From NCBI GenBank assembly GCA_963761425.1, contig CAVXGQ010000005.1, forward strand, positions 316,760 through 380,759: a stretch of DNA of 64,000 nt, read 5' to 3'. A program made the translations under genes and the position numbers. Origin of the DNA: an uncultured Acidimicrobiaceae bacterium (GTDB lineage: Bacteria; Actinomycetota; Acidimicrobiia; Acidimicrobiales; Bog-793). Numbering within the stretch: position 1 is the stretch's first letter; each line of letters begins with the position of its first letter. The notes under the pieces were generated by a model. That model was not told the origin of the DNA. It searched no databases and saw only the letters and a list, made by a program, of their open reading frames with translations. This document shows, one piece after another, positions 20,462 to 31,700 of this stretch.

Positions 20462-21673
20462 GTGCACCGGTGGGGCGCAGCGATGTGGCTTGGCACCGCC
20501 TCAGGACTCCTTTTCGTGGCCGGTTTCGTCCCAGCACTCGGCTCGGGACGCCTCCTCGGACGTGCCGGGGCGCAGCCAATTTCGTTGACCGGCGTGGCGC
20601 TCACCTCCGAAGGCGTCTTCCGGTGCCCTAGCGTCGCCCCCGGGCTGGACGGGAAGGCGAAGGGGGCACACCCGCTGCCGATCACGCCGGTTTCGGCGCG
20701 TCTGTGCGTACTTGGCAAACGCCCCTCGGAAAAGTTCCCGCACCAACTCGTCGGTGGGGTTGTGCTCGGTGCCGGACCTGCCGGCGCCCTCGCCACGTTC
20801 TTCGACGGCTCACCGCCCGTGAACGCTGTCGCCACCCGATGCGCGACAAGTCGCACAAAGGAGGCCATCCTCCTCGAGTTCTTCTACCCGCGAGGGGCGC
20901 GGCGGGCGGTCGAGGTCGTCAGCACCGGTTGCCCCCAACCGGTGGCGTTCCTCGCCGAACAGCCCCGCCGTCTCGACGAGACGATCGCCGGCTTCCTGAC
21001 CGCCGCAACGGCTAACTACTTCACCCCTGGCCACGGCACACCCGACCTCTTCGGCGACAGTGTCTCGCAAGCGAGCCGAACGGCGGCACGCTTGGGTTTC
21101 TCACTTCAGTTCGAGGGCGAGGAAGCTGACCCCCACGTCCGAGCCGGTGTGGTGCTGCTCCAGAACCCGCTGGCCGGCGGGGCGAAAGTCTTTGGCGGGC
21201 AGATCGACGTCGTGATGTCCACCCGTGTCGCACTGGCATGCCGTGCCGGTGAGCTGGCGCTCGACTACTACGGCGGCGGGCCGGGTACCGGCAACGACTT
21301 CGGCACGATCCTCGTTCGCGACGTCGGGCCGAGGCCCTGCCTGTTGCCGGGACCCATCGGCGTCGTCGGCACGGACGCCGATGGCCACGACGTCACGCAC
21401 CGGCTCAGCTATCCCGTGGCACCGGGGCTCGTGCTCTCTTCTCGGGCCCCGAGGGTTCCTATCGGCGAAGAACCTCCCCTCGGCGAGGTCGTCGGCGAGC
21501 TCGGGCTCTCGGCCGAGTACCGAGACGGCCCTTACCCCCCGAGCTACCTCTGTGTCGGCCACTACGTGATCCCGAGGTTCTGGCGCCTCAGCTTCCTGTT
21601 CGGGACTGTGACCGTGCGTAACGCCAGTCGAGATCCCGGCTATCCGGCCTTTTCGAGCCTGCTCACGTGCTAG
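20462..21673 (+). CDS. Secreted protein with PASTA-like and DUF4232-like domains
   Basis: Hydrophobic N-terminus; TPDLFG...GVVLLQNPLAG (PASTA-like); CRAGEL...GPGTGN...PCLLPG (DUF4232-like). Confidence 0.65.
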   Translation: MHRWGAAMWLGTASGLLFVAGFVPALGSGRLLGRAGAQPISLTGVALTSEGVFRCPSVAPGLDGKAKGAHPLPITPVSARLCVLGKRPSEKFPHQLVGGVVLGAGPAGALATFFDGSPPVNAVATRCATSRTKEAILLEFFYPRGARRAVEVVSTGCPQPVAFLAEQPRRLDETIAGFLTAATANYFTPGHGTPDLFGDSVSQASRTAARLGFSLQFEGEEADPHVRAGVVLLQNPLAGGAKVFGGQIDVVMSTRVALACRAGELALDYYGGGPGTGNDFGTILVRDVGPRPCLLPGPIGVVGTDADGHDVTHRLSYPVAPGLVLSSRAPRVPIGEEPPLGEVVGELGLSAEYRDGPYPPSYLCVGHYVIPRFWRLSFLFGTVTVRNASRDPGYPAFSSLLTC

Positions 21674-21960
21674 GGCGAGTTGAACACCCCGGGGACTGTC
21701 ACCGCCGAGTGAGCGTTACCGGCTGGCGACAGGCGCGGCGTCACTGCTACTCCCGGCGATCAGTGACGCCCTCACCAAGGTTTTCGCCGCGTGTTGTGAG
21801 ATGTGACTCCGGGCGCCGCGACGGTCGTTCCGTGCTGTCGCCCCTCGCGGGCCACCGCGTCTGCGAGCGAACATGTGCGCAATTTGGCCGTGGGCGTCGT
21901 TCGCGCGACCCGGCCGGTGACGGTTTGACGGTTCCGTGTTGTCAACACTGGGCGTATGAC

Positions 21961-22194
21961 TCAGGCTGTCCTTGCCGGGGAGCTAACCGCAGCGTCGTGG
22001 GCCGCCTGGCACACCCGGCAGCGGATCTCCCGCGCCGGGGGCTCGACGACGACCGTGCGGTTGATCACCGCGGTGCGGGTCAGCCAGCGGGCGTTGACTT
22101 GCACGTGGTCAACGCAGAGCCCGGCGCCGCAATCCCTGCACACGCCGACCGCGGCGGTCATGGTGCCGATCGCGGCACAGTCGAAGCAGTTCAT
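21961..22194 (-). CDS. Small Cys-rich protein, DUF2180-like
   Basis: MNCFDC...CRDC...CVDH...CRVC; RBS GAGGAAGGAG; ATG overlaps the acr3 stop. Confidence 0.8.
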   Translation of the reverse strand: MNCFDCAAIGTMTAAVGVCRDCGAGLCVDHVQVNARWLTRTAVINRTVVVEPPAREIRCRVCQAAHDAAVSSPARTA

Positions 22195-23306
22195 CGGGTC
22201 TCCTTCCTCTCGGCTACATAGAGATGGCGTCGGATCCACAAAGCGACGTAGACGAGCCCGAGGAGGGCCGGCACTTCGATGAGCGGTCCAACCACCCCGG
22301 CGAGGGCTTGGCCAGAGGTGACTCCGAACACCCCGATCGCCACCGCGATGGCGAGCTCGAAGTCGTTGCTGGCAGCGGAGAAGGCGAGGGCGGTGGTGCG
22401 CGCGTAGGAGAGTTGCAGGCGACGACCGATGAAGAACCCGCCTGACCACATGATCCCGAAGTAAGCGAGCAGGGGCAGGGCGATGCGGGCCACGTCGAGC
22501 GGCTCGGAGGTGATCTTTCGACCCTGCAGGGCGAAGAGGATCACCACAGTGAAGAGCAGTCCGTAGAGGGCGACCGGACCGATCTTTGGGAGGAAGCGCT
22601 CCTCGTACCAGTCCCGGCCGCGGCGCCGCTCCCCAAGGGTTCGCGTGGCGAACCCGGCGACGAGCGGGATGCCGAGGAAAATGGCCACGGTGGCAGCGAT
22701 GGTGCCCATCGACACCGCCAGGCTTTCGGTCCGCAATCCGAGCCAACGGGGGAGCACGTTGAGGTAGAAGACGCCGAGCGCGGCGTAGGCGAGGACTTGG
22801 AAGACGGCGTTCAGCGCGACGAGCACCGCCGCCATCTCCCGGTCGCCGTCGGCAAGGTCGGTCCAGATCAGCACCATGGCGATGCACCGGGCCAGGCCGA
22901 CGAGGATGACCCCGGTGCGATAGGCGGGCTGGTCGGGAAGAAGCGCCCAGGCGAGTGCGAACATGACGGCCGGGCCGACCACCCAGTTCAAGATGAGCGA
23001 GGCGGCCATCATCCGGCGATCGGCCGCGATCCGCCCGACCTCGCCGTAGCGGACCTTGGCGAGTACCGGATACATCATCAAGAGGAGTCCCACGGCGATC
23101 GGGAGGCTGGTGCCGTGGATGGCCACTCGGTTGAGCGTCCGGTTGAGCCCGGGGAAGAGCCGGCCGAAGCCGAGGCCAACCGCCATGGCGGCGGCGATCC
23201 ACAGCGGCAGGAACCGATCGAGTCGCGACAGCCGAGCGACGATCGCCTGCTCCGCGCCGACATCTGTCAGAGCCGCGTGCCGCGTGGGTGTGGCTGTGTC
23301 GGTCAC
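22191..23306 (-). CDS. acr3: ACR3-family arsenite efflux transporter
   Basis: LDRFLPLWI, MMYPVLAKV, GLARCIAMV, ASNDFELAIAV and VGPLIEVP motifs. Confidence 0.95.
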   Translation of the reverse strand: MTDTATPTRHAALTDVGAEQAIVARLSRLDRFLPLWIAAAMAVGLGFGRLFPGLNRTLNRVAIHGTSLPIAVGLLLMMYPVLAKVRYGEVGRIAADRRMMAASLILNWVVGPAVMFALAWALLPDQPAYRTGVILVGLARCIAMVLIWTDLADGDREMAAVLVALNAVFQVLAYAALGVFYLNVLPRWLGLRTESLAVSMGTIAATVAIFLGIPLVAGFATRTLGERRRGRDWYEERFLPKIGPVALYGLLFTVVILFALQGRKITSEPLDVARIALPLLAYFGIMWSGGFFIGRRLQLSYARTTALAFSAASNDFELAIAVAIGVFGVTSGQALAGVVGPLIEVPALLGLVYVALWIRRHLYVAERKETR

Positions 23307-23315
23307 CGGCGCGCC

Positions 23316-23663
23316 CTACTCGTCGCAGGTTGGGCCGACCCGCTGGGCGCTGGGTGTCTTGCCCGGCAGCGGCACCCCGGCGGCCGCGACCGCCGCCCAC
23401 AAACCAGCGAACCCGGCTCCGTCGAGGCGATAGTCGATCCACCGTCCCCGACGTGTCGTGCTGACCAACCCGGCCTCGCGCAGCACCCGTAGGTGGTAGG
23501 AGAGGAGGTTGGGTGCGATCGCGACTCGCTCTTGGAGGTCACAGACGCAGCGCTGGCCGCATGCCAAGAGGCCAACGACCGCCAGACGCACCGGGTCGGC
23601 TAACGCCCCGAGCCGCTCTGCCACCTCAGCCTTTGTTGATTCAACAAAAATTGAACTGGTCAC
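23316..23663 (-). CDS. arsR: ArsR-family repressor
   Basis: ALADPVRL, CVCDL As(III) box, LSYHLRVLREAGLV and RRGRWIDY; start could instead be GTG at 23624. Confidence 0.92.
   Translation of the reverse strand: MTSSIFVESTKAEVAERLGALADPVRLAVVGLLACGQRCVCDLQERVAIAPNLLSYHLRVLREAGLVSTTRRGRWIDYRLDGAGFAGLWAAVAAAGVPLPGKTPSAQRVGPTCDE
23632..23648. promoter_or_regulatory. Putative ArsR operator palindrome
   Basis: Perfect AT-rich 8-1-8 inverted repeat TTTGTTGA-T-TCAACAAA at the 5' end of arsR. Confidence 0.6.
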
Positions 23664-23888
23664 CCTTGGACTGTCGCATTCGGCGTGCTCTGCGCACAGG
23701 GCCTTTGGTCACAAGTCCATCGGCATCCGCGCCGGCGGGCGAGGTGATGAGCAGTCGTCACGTCATGAAGGTTGATGAGTCGGTCGGCGGTCGGGACCAC
23801 GCGCGCCGGTGCGAGAATCTCTCGTCCACCGGGCTCAAGATGCAGGGATGCAGGAATAAACTTGGTTCTTCTGGGAGGGGGTCTCGCC

Positions 23889-24248
23889 ATGACCAGCGAC
23901 CTGCAGGCAAGACAGCCCGAGGACGTAACCCGTCTGGTCACAGAGCGGCTCAACGCGGGGGACGCGACGGGCGCAGCCGCGCTGTACGAGCCGCAGGCCG
24001 TCTTGGCCAATCCAGCTGACCAGCCGACGACAGGCCGGGAGGCCATCCGGGCGATCTACCAACGATTGGTCGACGCAGGAGTGAAGTTCGGACTCGAAAC
24101 TCCCCTCCCGACCGTCACGTTCGAGAACCTAGCGTTGACCTCCACCCGCTCGGCGGACAACACCGGGGTTCGAGTGCAAGTGTTGCGACGTCAACCCGAC
24201 GGCTCCTGGCTGCGGATTATCGACCGCCCCGAGGTCCCCCAGCCGTAG
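23889..24248 (+). CDS. YybH/SnoaL-like NTF2-fold protein
   Basis: RBS GGGAGG; LNAGD...ALYEPQA, GREAIR and RRQPDGSWLRIIDRP. Confidence 0.85.
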   Translation: MTSDLQARQPEDVTRLVTERLNAGDATGAAALYEPQAVLANPADQPTTGREAIRAIYQRLVDAGVKFGLETPLPTVTFENLALTSTRSADNTGVRVQVLRRQPDGSWLRIIDRPEVPQP

Positions 24249-24422
24249 CAGTCCCAACGGTCCCCGAACAGAACTGTCGCCGCACCGTTGTTACTTGCAA
24301 GCGCTTGGTCGCGTCAGCCCTAGCCACAAACCGGTACGGGCGCGTACAGAATGTTCGGCTGGTCGCCATTCCCAGCACGCGGTGGCCTCGCGAGAGTCGG
24401 CGTTACGCGTCCGAGAGGCTGT

Positions 24423-24492
24423 CCCAGAACAATGACAATGCCCCTGAAGGTCACCTCGTCATTTGTTGGTTCTCAATAGTTTCGGGAGCACT
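24423..24492 (+). repeat. 70-bp dispersed repeat, copy 1
   Basis: 68/70 identical to 33444-33513, same orientation. Confidence 0.95.
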
Positions 24493-24565
24493 ACGTCCTC
24501 AAACCTTCACCAAACTGAACCGTGCTGGGTTTCGTAGAGGCTCGTTGATCTGAGTCCGCTGCCTT

Positions 24566-25776
<1,211 letters not shown>

Positions 25777-25918
25777 GGCTCCATCCTTCTCATGGATTGG
25801 AGCCTCCACCAGATCCAGCGCGGTTCAAACCGGGAAGTAGGCGGTCTCGTGACTAGGCGCAACCGCTTTCGGTGTAGAACGTGAGCAAGGAATAAGGCTG
25901 AGCGCCTTCGGAAAACCG

Positions 25919-26518
25919 ATGGTGATGCGAACCGCTCACACAAAGAAGCTGCGTGTTACTGGGGTCGGGCTGGCGCTCGCCGCCGTCGCGACCCTCTTTG
26001 TCGCCTGCGGGGGAGCGTCTTCGCCGGGCGTCGCGAGCGTCGGCTCGACGACCACGACCACCCTGTCGATCCCTCCCGCCGGCTCGACTGGCCAGTCAGG
26101 ACCCACACAGGCGCAGTTGTTGAAGTACTCAGAGTGCATGCAGGCCCACGGGCTGCCGAACTTCCCGGACCCGGTCCCCTCGCCTCTGGGCGGGTTCACC
26201 TATCACGTCCACATCACCCCCGGTAGCGACCTCGACCCCAGTACACCGCGGTACCAGTCCGCTGAGAAGGCCTGCCAGAAGGACGTCCCGCCCGGCCTCG
26301 CCAACGTGACACCGGCCCAGATGGCGACCAACGCTCTCAAGTGGAGTGAGTGCATGCGGTCCCACGGCGAGCCCAACTTCCCTGAGCCCAACTCGCAAGG
26401 GTGGATCAAGTTCAACATCGACCCGAACTCGCTCCTGTTCCAGAAGGCCGAGAAGGCCTGCCAAAAGCTGGGCAGAGCCGAGTTCGATGTGCAGAACACC
26501 TACGGCTCCGGCACATGA
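25919..26518 (+). CDS. Putative lipoprotein with duplicated CMxxHGxPNFPxP...KAC motif
   Basis: Lipobox-like FVAC-GG, Thr-rich linker and two internal Cys repeats. Confidence 0.8.
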   Translation: MVMRTAHTKKLRVTGVGLALAAVATLFVACGGASSPGVASVGSTTTTTLSIPPAGSTGQSGPTQAQLLKYSECMQAHGLPNFPDPVPSPLGGFTYHVHITPGSDLDPSTPRYQSAEKACQKDVPPGLANVTPAQMATNALKWSECMRSHGEPNFPEPNSQGWIKFNIDPNSLLFQKAEKACQKLGRAEFDVQNTYGSGT

Positions 26519-26847
26519 CCTCCAGCTCCGGTGGGCTGGGCTCCGACGGCTGACCGGCTGTCACGTGAGGCGGATTGTGAGCGGCGCCACCTAGGGGTCT
26601 CCGCCACCTCGGACAGGATCTGCGAGCTCGTTATCTGCTGCACGGGCCCATCGCGGTGTGCTGGCTGACGGCGGGGTGGCCGAGGCAGCGTGGTGCGCTT
26701 GAACTTGGCCAAGGGCGTGAGCTTGAAAGGCGGCGTCGACGATGGCTGGGTATTGTTCGAGGCGACGGAGGGCGTCAGGTTCCCAGTATTCAGGCGTCGT
26801 CGACACGTGGCCGTGGGTCTGGCTCATCCCATAACTGTCACCCGAAC

Positions 26848-27010
26848 GGTCTGACTTTCGCGCGATTCGCCGACCCACGACCCGGCAGTTCAATTCTTCG
26901 AAACGTGTGGCCTCATAAGAGCTTGCCCTCCCACGCGGAGTGGCTCTTCATGGTTCTGCCCGCTGTCTTCACTCCCGAGCTCCGCAGGGACTTGACAACT
27001 GATAGGAGCA
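26848..27010 (+). mobile_element. Transposase-less IS110-family relic
   Basis: GGTCTGAC, GTGGCCTCATAAGAGCTTG and CTTGACAACTGATAGGAGCA occur in the same order as in the non-coding left end and right end of the IS110 at 36015-37344. Confidence 0.65.
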
Positions 27011-27188
27011 TCGCGGTGGGGCGCGAGCGGCCCGCTGCTTCAGACCTGCCGTACTGCCGCACCTATCCGGCGATCGGGGTCACCCGGAGAGCGGGTTCAA
27101 TCGGGTTATTGGGACACTTCGACGGACGACGCAGACCTTGAGCCCCGGGTAGCTGTGGATCTGGAGCACTCTGTCGTACCTACGACCG

Positions 27189-28442
27189 TCAGTACGGTTT
27201 CAACGATCCGTAGATGAGTATCCATCGAGTCCAGCCACGCGAAAACCAGAGCGCGTTTTGCGTCTTCACGTAAACGAAATCAGGACCGACCCAAATCATC
27301 TGCGGGAACTGATCCGCGATCCTTGTCGGGAGGGAGCCCGCCCATCGAATTCCGCCGTCCGTCGTTCGTAACACCGGATCCGGAAGCGAACCGGCAAGGA
27401 GAAGCGCGGCGTCTGTGGGCGAGGTGACGAAGAGGTAGTTCAGTGACCCGATTCCCACGAGGTAACCCATGTACGGAAAACCGCGCACGAAGCCGGGTCC
27501 GGGTCCAACTGCAACCGTCCTTACCCAGCTCCGCCCGCCATCGCTCGAACGCTCAACTAGCTTCACTTGCGAGCCGATCCCAGGCTGACTCCCACAAAGC
27601 AGCCAAAGCGAGCTTGCGGACGCTGCTTGTAGTCGTTCGTCGAAGTTGACGCTCGCATCGTCGAAACGCATGTCGCAGGGATCGCCAAGCCTCGACCAGT
27701 GCGCGCCCCCGTCGGTCGTCTCGACGATCGTCCACCACGGCATCGCGTTAAGAACACCCCCGACGAGGGCGAACGCGATGTTCTTCGACACCCAGGAGAG
27801 GTCAGCGCTGTAACCGCCCATGTTGAGCACCGTCGAGCGGAAGTGCCACGTCCTCCCTCCGTTTGACGACTCGTACAGCCAAGTGGGAGGACGCACCGGT
27901 CCGATTCCTGGCGCCGGCCCAGAGACGAGCGCCCAGATCTCGCTTCCCTTGGTAGCTTCGGCGAGAAGTAGATCTCCAAGGTCGGCCGCCCACCAGTGCT
28001 GCCCCGAGTCTTCGGTTACGGCGATCACGGGGGTCGTGGCCTGAGCGCCGTAGACGACGGCAACGCTCGCCGACACCGCGTTGACGGCACCGATCCCCGC
28101 CGTCGCCTCGGCGCCGCCAGTAGTGAAGGCGGGTCCTACTGTTCGCCAGATGCGACCGCCGTCGGTCGTCTTCAGGACGTACGTGAATAGGTTCTTGCTG
28201 CCGATCGCGTACCCCGTCGAAGCATTCGCAAAGGAGAACCCCGAAGTTCGGCTGAGGCTGAGCGGGGTGCCGAAAGGAAGCTCAGGGAGGACGGACTTCG
28301 GCGGGTACGTTAGAAGCCATGCGTTGATCGTCTTCTGTGGCACGGTGACGGATGCGCTCGATGGGTCTTGGACAGCGGCCCCTGTGGTTGTCAACGAAAC
28401 CGCGCCGAGCACAATTACGGTCGTAATCCATGAGATCTTCAC
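27189..28442 (-). CDS. Secreted BNR/Asp-box (YCF48/sialidase-like) repeat protein
   Basis: Signal peptide; repeated T/S-x-D-G-G-x-x-W boxes (TTDGGRIW, SSNGGRTW, TTDGGAHW, SSDGGRSW, TTDGGIRW). Confidence 0.8.
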   Translation of the reverse strand: MKISWITTVIVLGAVSLTTTGAAVQDPSSASVTVPQKTINAWLLTYPPKSVLPELPFGTPLSLSRTSGFSFANASTGYAIGSKNLFTYVLKTTDGGRIWRTVGPAFTTGGAEATAGIGAVNAVSASVAVVYGAQATTPVIAVTEDSGQHWWAADLGDLLLAEATKGSEIWALVSGPAPGIGPVRPPTWLYESSNGGRTWHFRSTVLNMGGYSADLSWVSKNIAFALVGGVLNAMPWWTIVETTDGGAHWSRLGDPCDMRFDDASVNFDERLQAASASSLWLLCGSQPGIGSQVKLVERSSDGGRSWVRTVAVGPGPGFVRGFPYMGYLVGIGSLNYLFVTSPTDAALLLAGSLPDPVLRTTDGGIRWAGSLPTRIADQFPQMIWVGPDFVYVKTQNALWFSRGWTRWILIYGSLKPY

Positions 28443-28758
28443 GTGAGTCTCCTCGCACTCCCGTGGGATTTGCTCGCGCTACCTCACGACTTCGGAGCAA
28501 TCTTCGCGCCAAGTCGAGTCATCTACCCGGCGGTCGGGGGCACCTCGAACCAGCCCCGTCGTGAATGTTTGGGGTCACTCACCAACAACCTCGATGCTCG
28601 ATCCCGCGGCATAGGGGTTCGGATCGGAGGAGGGACATGCTCGTTCTGCTACCAAGCACTGGCGGCTTGACGTCTAGCACGGAGAACGGACACCGACCGG
28701 TTGCCAGGGTGCCGGTCAGAGATCGATGCCCGCCCGTGAATCCACAAGCCGCAGCTCG

Positions 28759-31700
28759 TCACCTGACGACTCTGAGGGTCTCCTTGGCCGAAGTCGAGCC
28801 CTTGAAGTTCGTGCTGCCGCCGTAGGTCGCGATGAGGTGGTAGGTGCCCACCTTGAGCCACTTGGCGGACAGCCTGCAGGATCCCTTACCGGACGAGAGC
28901 CTGATCACACACAGCGTTCTCGTGGAGGCCTTGACGGTGACCGTCCCGGTCGGCATCGAGCCGGAGTACTGCGACGAGACCGTGACCGACAGGTGCTCGG
29001 TCTGCTCGTGTCCGTAGGTGACCTTCCTCGCAGACAGCTTGAGGGCGGTCCTGGTGGTGGCCTTGGCAACATGGGTCGGCACGGGCGGCGAGCCCGTCGA
29101 AGACGTGGTGGTCGCCTGGCCGACGGTGATCGTCTGCTGGACCTGCGTAGCTGCGAGATAGTCCGCGTCGCCCGCCTGATTCGCGTCGATGACGCAGCTT
29201 CCGGCGTGGAGGTAGCTCACGGTGTCACCGGAGATCGAGCAGGCATCGTTCGTCGTCGTGCCATCGACCGACAGCGTCACCGTGAGGCCCGAGGACGCCG
29301 TCGGCGACAGCGAAGCGGAGCCGTTCACGGTCCCGCTGGACGGGACAGTGAAGGTGATGGTCTGGGAAGCCTTGCCGACCGAGAAGCTCTGGGCACTGCC
29401 GTCGGCGGCTGCGTAGTCGGTCCCCGCCGCGACGTGCGCGGTGAGCGAGCACGTGCCGACCCCGACGTAGGTGACCACCAAGCCACTGACCGTGCAGACG
29501 CCCGTCGAGTTGGAGGTCACCGACGTGGCGCCGTCACCGGTGGTGCTCACCGACGCGGTGAAGCCGCCGCCGAAGGTGCCGCTCGCGGGGAGGTTGGAGA
29601 TCGACGGCGTGGTGGGCGTGGCCTTGCCGACCGAGAAGCTCTGGGCACTGCCGTCGGCGGCTGCGTAGTCGGTCCCCGCCGCGACGTGCGCGGTGAGCGA
29701 GCACGTGCCGACCCCGACGTAGGTGACCACCAAGCCACTGACCGTGCAGACGCCCGTCGAGTTGGAGGTCACCGACGTGGCGCCGTCACCGGTGGTGCTC
29801 ACCGACGCGGTGAAGCCGCCGCCGAAGGTGCCGCTCGCGGGGAGGTTGGAGATCGACGGCGTGGTGGGCGTGGCCTTGCCGACCGAGAAGCTCTGGGCAC
29901 TGCCGTCGGCGGCTGCGTAGTCGGTCCCCGCCGCGACGTGCGCGGTGAGCGAGCACGTGCCGACCCCGACGTAGGTGACCACCAAGCCACTGACCGTGCA
30001 GACGCCCGTCGAGTTGGAGGTCACCGACGTGGCGCCGTCACCGGTGGTGCTCACCGACGCGGTGAAGCCGCCGCCGCGGGCGCCGCTCGCGGGGAGGTTG
30101 GAGATCGACGGCGTGGTGGGCGTGGCCTTGCCGACCGAGAAGCTCTGGGCACTGCCGTCGGCGGCTGCGTAGTCGGTCCCCGCCGCGACGTGCGCGGTGA
30201 GCGAGCACGTGCCGACCCCGACGTAGGTGACCACCAAGCCACTGACCGTGCAGACGCCCGTCGAGTTGGAGGTCACCGACGTGGCGCCGTCACCGGTGGT
30301 GCTCACCGACGCGGTGAAGCCGCCGCCGAAGGTGCCGCTCGCGGGGAGGTTGGAGATCGACGGCGTGGTGGGCGTGGCCTTGCCGACCGAGAAGCTCTGG
30401 GCACTGCCGTCGGCGGCTGCGTAGTCGGTCCCCGCCGCGACGTGCGCGGTGAGCGAGCACGTGCCGACCCCGACGTAGGTGACCACCAAGCCACTGACCG
30501 TGCAGACGCCCGTCGAGTTGGAGGTCACCGACGTGGCGCCGTCACCGGTGGTGCTCACCGACGCGGTGAAGCCGCCGCCGAAGGTGCCGCTCGCGGGGAG
30601 GTTGGAGATCGACGGCGTGGTGGGCGTGGCCTTGCCGACCGAGAAGCTCTGGGCACTGCCGTCGGCGGCTGCGTAGTCGGTCCCCGCCGCGACGTGCGCG
30701 GTGAGCGAGCACGTGCCGACCCCGACGTAGGTGACCACCAAGCCACTGACCGTGCAGACGCCCGTCGAGTTGGAGGTCACCGACGTGGCGCCGTCACCGG
30801 TGGTGCTCACCGACGCGGTGAAGCCGCCGCCGAAGGTGCCGCTCGCGGGGAGGTTGGAGATCGACGGCGTGGTGGGCGTGGCCTTGCCGACTGTGAGCGA
30901 GGTGGAGGCGGACGTCATGCTGGAGGTGAAGTTGGCGTCGCCCGGATAGCTGGCGGTGAGCGAGTAGTTGCCCGCGGCTTGCTCGGTGATCGAGCACGTG
31001 CCGGTCGCGATCCCGTTCGAGCCGCTGAGCGTCGCCTCACAGCTCTGGGTGCCGTCGCTGACGCTGACCTGCCCGCTCGGAGTCAGCGATCCCGAGGTGG
31101 TGCTCGGTCCCGTGACCTCTACGCCAACGGAAATCGGCTGGCCGACGACCGGACTCGACGTGACCGAGGTGATGGTGGTCGTGGTCGTGGACGTGGTCGT
31201 GGAGTAGACGAACGCGTAGCCGATGTAGTCCACTGCGACGCAGAAGTGCGCCGTCGGACAGGAGATGAACTCCAGGTCGTTCCCCGGGTCGATGCTCTCG
31301 GGCGAGGACCACGAGCTGCCGTTGTAGGTGAGGGCGTTGCCGCTTAAGTCCACCGCGGCGCAGAAGCTCGCCGACGGGCAGGAGATGGACCACAGGTCGT
31401 TCCCCGGGTCGATGCTCTCGGGCGAGGACCACGAGCTGCCGTTGTAGGTGAGGACGTGGCCCCAGCTGTCCACCGCTGCGCAGAAGCTCACCGTCGGACA
31501 CGAGACGGAGACCGGCCAGTACCCCGCGTCGATGCTCTCGGGCAAGGACCACGAGCTGCCGTTGTAGGTGAGGGCGTAGCCGTTCTGGCCCACCGCGGCG
31601 CAGAAGTTCACCGACGGGCAGGAGACGGATTCCAGGATGTTCCCCGCGTCAATGCTTTTAGGTGGCGACCACGAGCTGCCGTTGTATGTGAAGGCGTTGC

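Noticed and set aside
28726-31347. 873-aa plus-strand ORF
   Set aside because: It is the antisense shadow of the repetitive adhesin gene, Arg/Gly-rich with no motifs
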